64,000 nt of DNA from Eledone cirrhosa. Its lineage: Eukaryota. Below, in pieces: positions 1 to 13,799 of the stretch (the first letter of the stretch is position 1; every line of letters starts with the position of its first letter). A model generated the notes under the pieces. It was not told where the DNA came from, made no database searches, and saw nothing but the letters and a program-made list of their open reading frames with translations. The DNA is taken from the NCBI GenBank assembly GCA_964016885.1, contig OZ024762.1, positions 11,346,001 through 11,410,000 of the forward strand, given 5' to 3'. The position numbers and the translations under genes are program-made.

Positions 1-191
1 TACTTTATTTTATCGACCCCCCCCCCCCCCCCGTAAGGATGAAAGGCAAAGTTAACCTTAATGGGATTTAAACTCACACTGTAAAGGGACGTAACTCTAT
101 GCTGTAAAGCATGGCGTCCGATCCTCTACCGATACTGCCAATCCACCGCAGGCTTATTTTTAATTATTATATATTATTATAATTACCTGGG

Positions 192-380
192 CAGTGGAAT
201 GGCAGTATCGGTAGAGTGCCGGACGCCATGCTTTGTAGCATAGAGTTACGTCCCTTTCCAGTCCGAGTTCAAATCCCGCCGAGGTTAACTTTGCTTTTCA
301 TTCTTACGGAGTCGATAAAATAAAGTACCAGTAATACACTGGGATAATTGTTGGCCTTGTGCCAAAAGTAGAAACAATTA
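192..380 (+). mobile_element. tRNA-derived SINE family A (Deu/Nin-like core), representative copy
   Basis: A-box TGGCAGTATCGGT, B-box GAGTTCAAATCCC, core gaggttaactttgcctttcatccttacggggtcgataaaataaagtaccag, tail ggccttgtgccaaaagtagaaacaatta. Further copies at approx. 1-146(-), 1003-1140, 3790-3970, 6064-6180, 7730-7880(-), 16870-17075(-), 21020-21118(-), 46868-46972, 47785-47940(-), 53085-53260(-), 54150-54305, 61380-61510(-). Confidence 0.85.
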
Positions 381-625
381 TATATTACACCTCATTATAT
401 AATATATACTAATTAAAAATAATCCTGCTTCTTTCTTAAAATGGCAGGGGATCAAGATTTGTTGTCATTTGTCTTTGGTCCAACACAATACAATAAGAAG
501 AAATATCCATGTCTGTGAGAGTGGAATGGGCAAAGAAAGAAAAGTTATTTCATGAAAATAGGAGGAGGTCTTACAAAAAAGAAAGGGTCAGTGTAGCGTT
601 ACAAATATGACTGATGGAGACTTAC

Positions 626-765
626 CATTCCATGACGACTAAGATTGATTCAACTTTAGGGAATGGCTGGTAATAGACATCTATAATTTTGACTATATTC
701 TCACAGCCGTTAGCTCGTACATGAATATCTACCTCTCTTCTGGATTTTGGTTCATCTCGAAGAAC
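626..765 (-). CDS. MAPKAPK2: MK2-family kinase, coding exon 2 (140 bp)
   Basis: Acceptor ttttattttattag, then VLRDEPKSRREVDIHVRANGCENIVKIIDVYYQPFPKVESILVVME(C), then donor TG|GTAAGT. In phase with exon 1 and colinear with MK2 subdomains III-V (human [47 protein letters not shown]). Confidence 0.92.
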
Positions 766-2344
766 CTAATAAAATAAAATAAACAATGTAGAGAAAGATT
801 AATTGAATGACTAATAAAGACAAAAGATTGGAGGTTAATGATGACTAATGTTTGATTAAGACAATTCAATGAAGTAATGGTGGACAGAGAAGTTGAGTTT
901 AACCCTTTAGCATTCACATTACTCTATATTTACTATTGTATTTTCAGAGAAAAGGCTTTACTTCACATAAACATCTCGCATTATATCAAGTCTTTTACGT
1001 TCTTTTACGTCCCTTTACGTTCTGAGTTCAAATCCCACCGAGGTTAACTTTGCCTTCCATCCTTACGGGGGTCGATAAAATAAAGTACCAGTAATGTACT
1101 GGGTAATTGTTGGCCTTGTGCCAAAAGTAGAAACAATTATATCAAGTCTATGAGATTTTGATGTTATTTATTTTGTGAAGAATACCTTAAAGTCGGTATG
1201 AGGGGCCAGTTATGGCCAGTTTGAACAGAAAGCTGTGAGAGAATTCTGGCCGGAATTCTCTCACCTCTTTGAAACACTTCTAGTCCTGTAGAAGCCATTT
1301 CTATATTAAATATGTATACTGTGGTTACCGCCGATTGAACCCGGTAAACTTGTGGTAAGGAACCAGGTGGACCATAACGCACCAGAGTACTCGATACTAT
1401 GGGTAGTAGAGTGGGTAATAGAAAAAGAGTCAGGACTTCAACGGTTGAGCTCCAGGTGTTTTGACCAGAGCTCAGCCGTCGAGGTCCTGACTCTTTTCCT
1501 ATATATATATATATATATACATACATAAAATAAATAATATATACATAAACATATATATATATATATACATAAAATAAATAATATATATATATATACATGT
1601 GTATATAGACAAGGAACAGCTGGGGTTTGTAGCATGATTTAACAAAAGCTTTTACATAAAATTAAAATTTTTAGATAGATATAAATGGTATAAAATAAAG
1701 TATTTTGTATCATAAAAACAGGAATAGTTTGATATAAAATCGCTTAAACACCTGAAAGATTAAATCAATGGGATTTACATTACTCTATATTTACTATTGT
1801 ATTTTTATGGTAAAGGCTTTACCTCACGTAATATTAAATTTATGAGATTTTGATATTTATTTTGAGAAAAATACCTTAACATAAGTATGAATAGCTAGTT
1901 ACAGCCAGTTTGAACATAAAAAGGTGAGAGAATCCTGGACGGATATAGCTGGCTTAAATGCTAAAGGGTTAAAGTGATGGGTGCTTAGTAACTCTGAACA
2001 TCCTGTACCATAAGAAACCTTGAAAAATACAAAACAGTAATACAACTGCATCAGATAAATAAATTAACCCTATCGCATTTAAACTGGCTGTATCCGGCCA
2101 GAATTCTCTCACCTCTTTCTGTTCAAACCAGCCATAACTGGCCACTCATACTGATCTTAAAGTATTGTTCTCAAAATAAATAACATCAAAATTTCATAGA
2201 TACAATATTATGTTAGATATTATGTGAGATAAAGCCTTTACTGTGAAAATATAATAGTATATATATATATAACTAAAGATTAACTGCCAATACTGGAATT
2301 GAACCATCAAGACCGTTGAGGTATGTCATATATCAATTCATGTA

Positions 2345-2406
2345 TTTTATCTGATGAGGACGTACTGAAAAAGCAACACAGTACATTCGAAATATATATA
2401 ATAAAA
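2345..2406 (+). ncRNA. Minimal type-I hammerhead ribozyme motif (family H1)
   Basis: ttttat-CTGATGA-ggacgtactg...cagtacattc-GAAA-tatata-TA-ataaaa. Stem I ttttat/ataaaa, stem II gtactg/cagtac, palindromic stem III. Confidence 0.7.
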
Positions 2407-2448
2407 CATATTTTGATTATGTGAATGTCTTCATTTATTAATATTCTG

Positions 2449-2486
<38 letters not shown>

Positions 2487-2517
2487 ATTATGTGAATGTC
2501 TTCATTTATTAATATTC

Positions 2518-2570
<53 letters not shown>

Positions 2571-2876
2571 TCATCATCATTTTACGTCCGCTTTTCCCTG
2601 CTTGCAAGGGTTGGACAGGTCCTATCCAGCACAGCATCTCTCCACTTGTCACAATAATGTGAATGCTAAGGCTGTTAAAGTATTTACTCTAATATTGCAA
2701 ATACAATAAAAAGTACTATAAGCATTTGAATTAACAAAACTGCTGTTGGATATTTTCTGTTCATTTATTTAAGGATGTTAACAGATAATATGTCCACATA
2801 CTTTTAGCACGTCATGACCTACTTTATGATTTTCTAGCACAAACTAAACATATCCCCCTACATATATGTCTGTGTG

Positions 2877-2932
<56 letters not shown>

Positions 2933-3157
2933 TGTGTGTGTGTGTGTGTGTGTGTAGTGGGTTCAATGGGGGGGGGGGGGGGTAACCACAGCAAGTAAGG
3001 TACTCAATACATAGCAGAGTATAAATATTTAATATAGAAATGGCTTCTACAGGAGTAGAACTATTTCATTCGAAGGAAATCATCATATATATATATATAT
3101 ATAATATATATATATATATATACATATATAATATATATACATATATAATATATATAC

Positions 3158-3205
<48 letters not shown>

Positions 3206-4664
3206 TACTAACATTTCCATTTTTTTTGTATCACTTCCATTATATCACCATAAGTATTAAGTACAAGAGACTCGCAATTTCCCCAAATTCCACGAAACCA
3301 CATGGAAATATTTTCTCGCTCTCTCTCTCCCTCTCTCTCTTCATATATCCATCTATCTCACTCTCTCTCTCTCTCTATCCATCTATCTCACTCTCTCTCG
3401 TTATATATCCATCTATCTCACTCTCTCTCTCTCGTTATCCACCTATCTCTCTCTCTCTTTATCTATCTCCCTCTCTCTCTTTATCTATCTCCCTCTCTCT
3501 CGTTATATATCCATCTATCTCACTCTCTCTCTCTCGTTATCCATCTATCTCACTCACACATGTCATGTTATCTACTTCCACTGGAATAAAACATGGCTAC
3601 CAGGGGAAGTGTTTTATTGTGTAATTAATTTAGTAGGACAGTATAACAAGACAGTTTCCTAAAAATTAACTCTTCTGTTACCATTTTTTTCTAATAAATG
3701 ACACTCACTTTGATTTTCAAATAATTTTGTATGGATTTAGTAATATAATTAACTTTCTCATTAAGCTAGTGTTTGGAGTATAACTTAAGGGTCGGACGCC
3801 ATTCTTTGCGGCATAGAGTTACGGCCCTTTACAGTCTGAGTTTAAATCTCACCGAGGTTAACTTTGCCTTTTGCCCTCCTGGAGTCAATAAAATAAAGTG
3901 CTAGTCAAGTTCTAGGATTGGTGTAATCAAATTTGCCCTAAATATAATTGTGCCTAAATTAGAAAGCATTAATTCTTTAGCAATTTAAACCGGCTATATC
4001 CGGCCAGAATTCTCTCACTCCTTTCAGTCCAAACCAACTGTAACCAGCTGCTCAGACTCATGTTAATATCAAAATCTTGTAGATTCTATATTATGCGAGA
4101 TATTATGTGACAAAGTATTTACTATGAAAATACAATAGTAAATATAGAGTAATGTTAATACTGAAGTGTTAAGCTGGGATCTGGAGTTTAACTTAACAAA
4201 CGTTCTTACATAAAATTATGATGGAAGGTTTTTTTAGATAATTATAAACACTTTAACCCTTTCGTTACTTTATTTCTAATGAAAGACGCTGTTGGTGTTT
4301 GGAGTATAACTTAACAAAGGTTCTTACATAAAATTATGATGGAAGGTTTTTTTAGATAATTATAAACACTTACCCTTTTGTTACTATATTTCTAATGAAA
4401 TAACAAATAATTTTTTAAATAGTTATATTTACTAAATCCATACAACTTTGTGACTAACCTTTACATTATTAATTTGGAGTTTGGAACATAACTTAACAAA
4501 GGATTTTACATAAAATCATGATGGAATTTTTTTGGATAAATATAAACACTTTAGCTCAAACACTTTTGAATCATAGGATCAGGGTCAGTTTCAGGGTTGG
4601 TATCAAAAGGTTTATCATCATCATCATCATCATTTTACGTTCGCTTTTCCCTGCTTGCAAGGGA

Positions 4665-4705
<41 letters not shown>

Positions 4706-4926
4706 AAAATCCAATGATAAATTTAAAGTGTTTTACAAATATTTGAAGGAATCTCATGAATTTACGATTTCCTGGCAAGGATTGTCAAAGATCGGTGAGG
4801 TATCAAATCTTAACATCCTGTAAAGATTTAGCAGAAAATATCTAAAAATATGTTTAGTAATTCAAATGTTTACAATATCTTTACTGGTGGATGGAACATT
4901 GTGAAAATTTGTTGTAAAGACTTTAA

Positions 4927-5317
4927 CCCTTTAACTTTTAAACCGGCCGTATCCAGCTAGAATTCTCTCATCTCTTTCTATTCAAATTGGTCATAACCAG
5001 CCACTCATACTTATGTTAAGGTATTGTTCTCAAACTAAATAATTGTTTCTACTTTTGGCACAAGGCCAACAATTATCCCAGTACGTTACTAGTACTTTAT
5101 TTTATCGACCCCGTAAGGATGAAAGGAAAAGTTAACTTCGACGAGATTTGAACTCAGACCGTAAAGGGACGTAACTATGCTGGAAAGCATGGCGTCCGAC
5201 CCTCTACCGATACTGCCAATTCACTAAATAATATCAAAATCTTGTAGATTCCATATTAAGTGATAATTTACTACGAAAATATAACAACATATATGGAGTA
5301 ATGTAAATGCTAAAGGG
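4927..5317. mobile_element. piggyBac-like MITE with nested SINE A (5040-5225, -)
   Basis: TTAA TSD both sides and CCC...GGG termini; internal sequence interrupted by the SINE. Confidence 0.8.
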
Positions 5318-5334
5318 TTAAAGGAAAAAATAGT

Positions 5335-5750
5335 AGAACACTTTGGAGAGGACAGATGCCTTTCTCTCCAGACAACAATTGATTCCCTTCTTTAAGTATC
5401 ACTTTAGAAGGAGAATCAGAGTGGAGAGAGAGGCACTGCACCCCAGTAAATTTACTGAAAGGTGGGTGAATGAAGTGAAAATGGCCTACTCTGTTTATAA
5501 GCCTGTAGGTTAAAGAAGAGAGCAAAAGAAAGAAAGGAGCCACTTGCACAACACGCTCCTGAAGTTGAGGGTTGTTCTATCGACAGGGTATTAAACAACC
5601 CATTTGTGACGCTTCCCCCCATTTGGGGATTTCGATTGTTATAATTGTTTGTTTCAATATTTTTACACGGCTGTATGTAAAATCCCCGGCATGTGTCTTT
5701 GTATTGTCCCCTTTTCTTGTGTGCCCTTGTGGCAAATAAAGAAATATATC
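5335..5750 (+). mobile_element. Tx1/L1-like LINE 3' end (older copy)
   Basis: LIPFFKYHFRRRIRVEREALHPSKFTERWV frame; same 3' end (tgtccc...tgtgccct...ggcaaataaagaaata). Confidence 0.55.
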
Positions 5751-5877
5751 TACAACTAGAAAGAGACAATAGATGCAATATGTCTGACTAAAAGATGGGA
5801 TGGTCAGATCCGAAATAACTTTGAATATAGTATAGTACTGTCTAATCTAGATTATATATACATGAAGGGTGGTTGTT

Positions 5878-6052
5878 TGGCAGTATCGGTAGAGCGTCAG
5901 ACACCATGCTTTGCAGCATAGAGTTACAGCCCTTGCCATTCTGAGTTCAAATCCCGCCGAGGTTAACTTTGCTTTTCATCCTTACAGGGTCGATAAAATA
6001 AAGTACCAGTAATGTACTGCGATAATTGCTGGCCTTGTGCCAAAAGTAGAAA
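5878..6052 (+). mobile_element. SINE family A
   Basis: Full A/B boxes, core and tail. Confidence 0.85.
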
Positions 6053-6683
6053 CTTTAAGGGTGGTGGATTGGTAATATCAGTAGAGTCGGACACGATGCT
6101 TTGTGGCATAGAGTTATGGCCCTTTGCGTTGAGTTCAAGTGCCGCTGAGTCTAACTTTGCCTTTCATCCTTACGGGGTCAATATACGTGTATGCATATAT
6201 GTATGTGTGTGTATGCATATGAGTGTGTGCATACATGTGTGCATATATGCTTGTGTGTATGTATATGTGTATGTGTATACATATATGAGTGTGTGCATGT
6301 GTGAATATACATGTGTGTGTGTGTGTGTATGCACACAATCTAACTTTGTACCCCTTTCTATCACTATTTAACTGCCACTTCAGTCAGTATGTATACTTCC
6401 CCTTCACCCCATATTTAAAGCACCCACTACACACTGTAAAGTGGTTGCTGCTAGCAAAGGCATCCAGCCACTAAAAACTTGTCAGACAACGGGGGCGGGG
6501 GGTCAAGATGACTCTTCAATTGTGTCAGAAACACTATGGCGCCGACAACAACCAACGTTCCTAGTGCTGGTGTCAAGATAAAATACCAGGAGACCTGTTT
6601 AGTACTGACTTGGTCTGTAACTGTTTGTTCAACCCTTGCTAGCTGAGAAAAAAGACAGACATTAAACGATGATGAATGAATAA

Positions 6684-6715
<32 letters not shown>

Positions 6716-7181
6716 GGTGATATATAAAGTACTTTAGTGTGTGAGTAACTTTACATTAAAATGTCACACGATATTAATTAAAAAATATATTGACAGTGAT
6801 TCCAAGACTGCAAAAGACAAACAACACAACACACACGTACAAAAACAAAACAAAAAAAAAACATAATTGTAATTGAAATGTATTTGGAAAGTTTTCATAA
6901 ATGTAAATATAAGTGTTCTGATTATTTTTATATCAAACATTAATGATATCTACTGAAGCCAAGCAACAGAATTCAACAAGCTACTATTACTAGATGTAGG
7001 AGGACATATATTTTTTTCACTGGAAGCTATCAACATGTATTTTCAATGAAGTCATATAAAAAAAAGGTCATTTGGTTGAATAAGAAAGTTTAAATGCTAA
7101 ACGTTACAATCTAGAAATTCCTAGAAATTCCTATTTATTCACCACATCCTGCTTTACATTCTCATATTCTTTTAATCCCTT

Positions 7182-7718
7182 TTGGCAGTATCGGTAGAGG
7201 GTCAGACGCCATGCTTTGACGCATGCATATAGTTACGGCCCTTGCCATTCTGAGTTCAAATCCCCTTGAGGTTAACTTTACCTTTCATCCTTACGGGGTC
7301 GATAAAAATAAAGTACCAGTAATGCACTGTAGTAATGGCTGGCCTTGTGCCAAAAAGTAGAAACAATTATTTATATTCTTTTATTCTTGGTATAATCAAA
7401 CAATAATTTTTATTCTTTCAATGGCTTCCATCGCTGGACTGAGGCCATGCTAGGGCACCACCTTGATGGTATTTTAGTCAATAATACACACAGAGCTGTG
7501 CTCGGTAAAACAGTAATGATGCGCAATAAAAATAATAATGGAAATAATAATTGTTTCTACTTTTGGCACAAGGCCAGTACATTACTGGTACTTTATTTTA
7601 TCAACCCTGTAAGGATGAAAGCCAAAGTTAAGCTCGGCGGGATTTGAACTCGGATCGTAAAGGGACGTAACTATGCTGGAAAGCATGTCCGACCCTCCAC
7701 CGATACTACCAATTCCTC
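7182..7718. mobile_element. Two convergent SINE family A copies (7182-7370 +, 7548-7718 -)
   Basis: Match family consensus; would form an inverted pair in pre-mRNA. Confidence 0.8.
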
Positions 7719-8118
7719 CAAAATAATAATAATGGTTTCTTATATAGGCACAAGGCCAGCAATTTTAGGGGCGGGGAAAGTCGATTAAAACGACCCCAGT
7801 GCGTGACTGGTGCTTTATTTTATCGACCCCCGTAAGGATGAAAGGTAAAATTAACCTCAGCAAGATTTGAACTCAGACTGTGACAACCAGTTCAACCCAT
7901 GCCAGCATGAAAAACACACATACAACAATGATGATGATGATATGAGTGTGTGTGTGTCTCTTCCCTTCTCTTTCCATTCAACTTCATATTTGTTTACATA
8001 CTTAAAATATGTACACCATGTCCCTGCACATTGTAAGAAGCAACTAAAAGACTAGTATCAAGAAGAGCATCCTGCTGTAAAGTAGTGCCTCGGAAACTCC
8101 AGTCCAACCAATGACGAT

Positions 8119-8140
8119 GGAAGAAGAAGAAGAAGAAGAA

Positions 8141-8171
<31 letters not shown>

Positions 8172-8246
8172 GAAAAGAAGGAAAAGAAGGAAAAGAAGAA
8201 GAAGAAAAGGAAGAAAAACAACAAGTAGTAGTAGTAGTAGTAGTAG
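8119..8246. repeat. (GAA)n + (TAG)n microsatellite
   Basis: Direct inspection. Confidence 0.95.
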
Positions 8247-8365
8247 TTCCGTTTTAAAGTGTCCCACACTAAAACAGGAGCTAAATTACTAACAATTAGC
8301 CTCTTGAAGACTATTTTATTTTCATCTAATTAAGACTGTAAATTTAGATAATTACTTTATATTTG

Positions 8366-8925
8366 ATGTGGTCATGTAGGTGTCATGACAAAAAGTACTC
8401 AGTCCACACTGTAAAGTGGTTGTGTAGGTGTCATGACAAAAAGTACTCAGTCCACACTGTAAAGTGGTTGTGTAGGTGTCATGACAAAAAGCACCCAGTC
8501 CACACTGTAAAGTGGTCATGTAGGTGTCATAACAAAAAGCACACAGTCCACACTGTAAAGTGGTTGTGTAGGTGTCAGGACAAAAAGCACCACAATACAT
8601 ACTGTAAATGTGGTTGTGTAGGTGTCAGGACAAAAAGCACCCAGTCCACACTGTAAAGTGGTCATGTAGGTGTGTGTCACAACAAAAAGCACCCAGTCCA
8701 CACTGTAAAGTGGTTGTGTAGGTGTCACAATAAAAAGCACTCAGTAGACACTGAAAATAAGGAAGGGCATCCGAGTGTAGAAACCAAGCCAAATCAGCCC
8801 TGTATGAGCAAGACATGGTCACTTGACCTAGCTTTGCCCACAACAGGACAACTCGTCTAACCCATGCTAGTGTGAAAAAATGGACATAAAGAGGTGATGA
8901 TGATGATGATGATGATGATGATACT
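8366..8925 (+). repeat. ~8 x 48-bp tandem array derived from the RTE 3' UTR, ending in an RTE (GAT)n tail
   Basis: Unit gtggttgtgtaggtgtcatgacaaaaagcacccagtccacactgtaaa. Confidence 0.9.
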
Positions 8926-9276
8926 GGTTGGCGACAGCCTCCTGCTGTTAACAAAATATTTTAAATTCCTCTAGACAAATAAATCTGAAGTAACCTACTG
9001 AATTTTCACCATGTAGCTTAGTGGTTAGTGTGTTCAGTTCATGATCCTAAGCTCATGGGATCAGTTCCTCAACTGGATGACATATGCGAACACATTGCTT
9101 TAATTGATTTCACTCGGGTCTCTATCATTGAAACATACAAGAAACCTCCTATGCAATAAAACCTCATTGGTTTCTTATTATTAAACAGGTGTTTGGAACG
9201 TAACTTAACAAAAGTACTTATGTGAAATTGTAATGGAAGATTTTTTTTTTAGGTAAATATCATCACCATAAACATA

Positions 9277-9440
9277 ATTGTTTCTACTTTCGGCACAAGG
9301 CCAGCAATTATCCCAGTGTATTACTGGTACTTTATTTTATCGACCCCGTAAGGATGAAAAGCAATTTGAACTCAGAACATAAAGGGACGTAACTCTATGC
9401 TGCGAAGCAGGGTGTCGATGCTGTACCGATTCTGCCAGTC
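9277..9440 (-). mobile_element. SINE family A
   Basis: Reverse complement of consensus with a small internal deletion. Confidence 0.8.
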
Positions 9441-9642
9441 CTGAAAGACACTATGTTATCAAATCAATTCAAAATTAAAATATTTAGTGGGATTTAGTAA
9501 TATAACTAACTTTATTATTAATCTGGTTTTGGGAACATAATTTCACAATGGTTCTTACATCAAATTTTGTATCATAGAACCAAGGGTGGCTTCAGGTTGT
9601 TTGGTATTGAAAGGGTTAAAAAATATACAGAAAGATGTGATA

Positions 9643-10156
9643 CAGATAAAATTCCGTTATAACAAATACCATTATAACAAATTTTTCAGTATAACAAAAT
9701 TTTTTTTAATCCCTGAAGTAACTACAAACAAACAGTCATTGTGTTTCAGTCAATCTTGTGAATTCATTTTTCATTCATTTCATTTTACATCCGCTTTTCC
9801 CTGCTTGCAAGGGTGGGACGGGAACTGATGCTGGCTTGATTTCTACAGCTGGATGCCCTTCCTAACACCAACCTCATTTACAGTGAGTGCTGGGTGCTTT
9901 TTTGCCGTGGCACCTCCACGACCACTTTGCAGTGGAATGATAGGGACCCCAGCTGAGTAAACTGGAGCAATGTGAAATAAAGTGTCTTGCTCAAGGAAAC
10001 AACACATCACCCGGTCTGAGAATTGAACTCGCAACCTTTCGATTGCAAGCCCAATGCTCTAACCACTAAGCCATGTGCCTCCATTGTTATAAAAAATATT
10101 TTGTTACAAATTTTTTTTTATATTCCATGAATTTTTGTTATAACGGGATTGCACTG
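9643..10156. mobile_element. Tc1/mariner (Tigger/pogo-like) MITE interrupted by a CORE-SINE; uninterrupted relative at ~60513-60682
   Basis: TA|CAG...cgttataac and gttataacgg...CACTG|TA termini with internal gttataac repeats. Confidence 0.65.
9775..10083 (-). mobile_element. tRNA-derived CORE-SINE (family B) with RTE-derived tail
   Basis: A-box TGGCTTAGTGGT, B-box GAGTTCAATTC, CORE-like gtgttgtttccttgagcaagacactttatttcac; tail shared with the RTE-b 3' UTR. Nested in a Tc1/mariner-like MITE. Confidence 0.85.
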
Positions 10157-10555
10157 TATATTGTTCTGTAAATATCTATAAATACAATCATATGAAGTAA
10201 GATGTTATTAAGTCGATAATATTTTGTAGACATCACAACTATGGTATGTCCAGAGAAAGCTTTGAGGTTGATGTTATACCAAGCTATAAACACATCAGTG
10301 AGTTCTGTAATAAGACAGCTTAGAAGTGTTTTTCAACAGTTGAGACACAAGGAATGAATTCAGAAGTAGAAATAACTGCTTCTGTCATTAGTGAAACAGA
10401 AATTAGACACCACAGTCATTGACCTCTGTGGCTAATGTATTCAAAACTGTTGGGAACCGGCTGTTTGAAATATTCAATCAAAGACCAGAGAAGTTTTAAA
10501 CAGGATAAAAATAGATGAAGGACAACTTTAAATACAGAGAAAGTCATTATACTTG

Positions 10556-10616
<61 letters not shown>

Positions 10617-10850
10617 AAGTATGACCCCGACGGCAGAGCTCAAGCAGTTTCGACGGCTATTTCTGGACTGAAATAACCGTCAAAACGGCTTGAGCTCTGC
10701 CGTCGGTGTCATACTTTTTCCTATTTCCCACTCTACTACCCTAAGTATTGAGTACTCTGGTGTGTTATGGTCCATCTGGTTCCTTACCACAACTCATTCG
10801 TTTTATATATAGATATATATATATATATATATATATATATCGTCTAACCC

Positions 10851-10889
<39 letters not shown>

Positions 10890-10984
10890 CATACACATAT
10901 ATCATCATCCTTTAACATCCATTTTTCCACGCTAGCATGGTTTAGACAATATATATATATATATATATTATCAAGTATAATAAC

Positions 10985-11058
10985 TATTTCATCTGATGAA
11001 CGAACTGGACGTTTCTGTAAGAATCGTCTGGTGTCCTGAAACCTTTGGTAATGAAATA
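10985..11058 (+). ncRNA. Type-I hammerhead motif (H2), GUA cleavage triplet
   Basis: tatttcat-CTGATGA-...actggacg/cgtctggt...-GAAA-cc ttt gg-TA-atgaaata. 8-bp perfect stem I; stem III ACC/GGT. A decayed relative lies at ~25470-25520. Confidence 0.72.
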
Positions 11059-11327
11059 ATTATATTGTGTTGTTTATTATGTAAATAAATATATAGATAG
11101 ATAGATATATACATATATGTAAATAAATATATATATAGATATATACATATATATATATATATAAGCAAGGAATCACTGCTTTCACCCTTAACGGGATCTT
11201 CTGCAACATGAGTTTCAGAAGATCCAGTTAAGGGTGAAAGCAGCGATTCTTTGCTTCAACTTTAATCTGTTATTTTAATAAATATTTTCTCTATGGTTTT
11301 ATACATTCATATATATATATATATATT

Positions 11328-11360
<33 letters not shown>

Positions 11361-11404
11361 CATTATATATATATATATAATCATTATACATATATATATA
11401 CATC

Positions 11405-11770
11405 GAGGCACATGGCCTTGCAATCGAAAAGTTGTGAGTTCAATTCTCAGACCGGATGATGTGTTGTTTCCTTGAGCAAGACACTTTATTTCACATTTCT
11501 CCAGTTTACTCAGCTGTAGAAATGAGATGATAGGGACTGGGGTCCCTATCATTCCACTGCAAAGTGGTCGTGGCGGTGCCATGGCAAAAAAGCACCCAGC
11601 CCACACTGTAAAGTGGTCGTGGAGGTGCCATGGCAAAAAAGCACCCAGCACTCACTGTAAATGAGATTGGTGTTAGGAAGGGCATCCAGCTGTAGAAATC
11701 AAGCCAGAATCAGTTCCTGTCCCACCCTTGCAAGCAGGGAAAAGCGGACGTATGATGATGATGATGATGA
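11405..11770 (+). mobile_element. CORE-SINE family B
   Basis: Same head, core and tail; (GAT)n end; internal duplication of the 48-bp unit. Confidence 0.85.
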
Positions 11771-12362
11771 TATAATATATGTATATATGTAAATAAATAA
11801 ATATATATATATATAATTGAAAGTTAAAAACAAACATTAAGTCCAGAGTTAAACACCGTAGTTATAAAATGCGACCCCCAAGAGAACCAATCGAAGGCAC
11901 AAACTATACATACAACAAAATAACAATATATACAAATCGTTGTTGTGGTATATGTATGGCTACTGCCTTTGGTTGTTTTTCTTTGGTGTCACACTTTTTA
12001 ACTGTTGTGTTTACTCTAGACATTAGTGTATTAAATTTTCTCTCCGTTGAGTGCTTTGTGATTGCCTCAAACAAATTAAATAGTACTTGCTGTATTGCAG
12101 CTACAACTTCAGTTTATACCTTATATATATTATATCATCATCATTGTTTAATATCCATTTTATCACACTTGCATGTGGGTTAGACAGGTTGCCAAGTCAT
12201 GAGATTATTCAGGGTAGGTGACCATATCTTGCTCATGTGGACCTGTATTTTGGCTTCGTTTCTATGGCTGGATGCCCTTCCTAAGACCAACCATGTTACA
12301 GTTTGGACTGGGTGCTTTTATCATGGCACCAACATGTTTGTGTGGGAAGGGAGCAGGGTGTA

Positions 12363-12394
<32 letters not shown>

Positions 12395-12589
12395 TATTGC
12401 TGGACTGATACTTTTTTTTAATCAACCTTGAACAAAAGTTGACCAGGTTTTGAACTCAGAGCGCAGAGGTCCAGAATAAATACCACAAAGAAATATATCT
12501 AATGTTCTAATAACTCAGACAATTCACTGCCCTTCAAATAAGTCATTTAGAGCAATTTTGTGGCTTCACACAGATTGTGGACCTCTTAA

Positions 12590-12809
12590 CCCTTTAGCAT
12601 TTAAACCTGCTGAATTCGGCCAGAATTCTCTCACCTTTTCTATTCAAAATGGCTGTAACTGGCCACTCATACTGACGTTAAGGTATTGTTCTCAAAATAA
12701 ATAACATCAAAATCTCGTAGCTTCAAGATTATGTGAGATAATTATGTGAAATAAAGTATTTATTGTGAAAATACAATAGAAAATATAGAGTAATGTAAAT
12801 GTTAAAGGG
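12590..12809. mobile_element. piggyBac-like MITE (~220 bp), representative copy
   Basis: TTAA|CCCTTTAGCATTTA...TAAATGTTAAAGGG|TTAA. Other copies or parts at approx. 903-1270, 1775-1968, 2068-2270, 3973-4170, 15853-15915, 16055-16250, 54442-54651. Confidence 0.85.
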
Positions 12810-13799
12810 TTAAGAGGGTAGAGTTTGTGGAATGCTCAGCCACTTGCATGTAAACAACTGGAATACTTGTTGTCAGAACCGACAGAGGCCTAACCCATGA
12901 ATCAAAGTCCTCAAGCAAGATTTATGAACTGTTTACCAGTGTGATTTCAGGAAAAGAGTGTAATGTTGCAAAATAATTTAGGAGAGGAAGTTTAAGTTGA
13001 TACGTTAAAGATTGGTTAAAGTGGAGTCAAGAAAACATCTCTGAAAATTTAATTGAAATATTATCATCATCATCATATTTCGACTGCAGTCGAAATCAAC
13101 TTCACAACAACATCCAACCAGAAGTTCATGTCCAGCATGGCCACTACCAGGTCATCATACCCAAACCCAGAGTCCCTAGATATGGTATCAGGATCAGCAA
13201 TTTTAGGACTTGCGGCCGACTGGCTCCGGTTACCAGAGGATAAAAGGTGACACCTCATCATAAGCTGCAGTGACCAGCAAATTGTACTCCTCTTGCAAAA
13301 CTCTTAAATTTAGCATAGATTTCCTGGAGCATTGAGTGTCCTCTCCAGGATAGATGTTTATATATAACCAATGATCAACTAGATCCCAGACCTCATTCAC
13401 TTAACAAGTGGTGTGGAGCTTGTCAAATTGGACTGAGGAAACAATGTTTCCATTGGTCTTTCCAATTGCTAATACTATCTACCAGTCGCAAATCAAGGAG
13501 AAGGACCAACGTGAAATAAAGTATCTTGCTCAAGGACATAACGCGTCGTCCGGTCTGGGAATCGAGCTTACAACCCCATGACTGTGAATTCAATTCTCTA
13601 ACCACTCAGCCACTTGCCTTAATAATGATGCATATGTCATGTCAAGACACTTTAGTTGCCTTGATGTCATGGTCCAAATTTCGGAATCATAAAAATAAAT
13701 TTTGACTTAGATTTAATCATCAAGGTTTGAAGTCCAGATTTTAATTTAGGTTGTTAAAAGCTGTCCAGACAATACCTTTTCTTGTTTCGAAGTCTTTCT

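Noticed and set aside
200-285. tRNA genes suggested by A/B boxes
   Set aside because: Boxes belong to SINE heads and continue into SINE core and tail; no cloverleaf with an acceptor stem is evident.
729-917. 62-aa ORF overlapping exon 2
   Set aside because: Different frame from the real exon and starts inside a MITE terminus.
7994-8269. Poly-Phe/poly-Leu ORFs resembling a signal or membrane peptide
   Set aside because: (GAA)n/(TAG)n microsatellite.
8366-8750. CRISPR-like regular repeats (also 14463-14842, 54818-55130, 56882-57200)
   Set aside because: Head-to-tail tandem units with no unique spacers; eukaryotic context, no cas genes.
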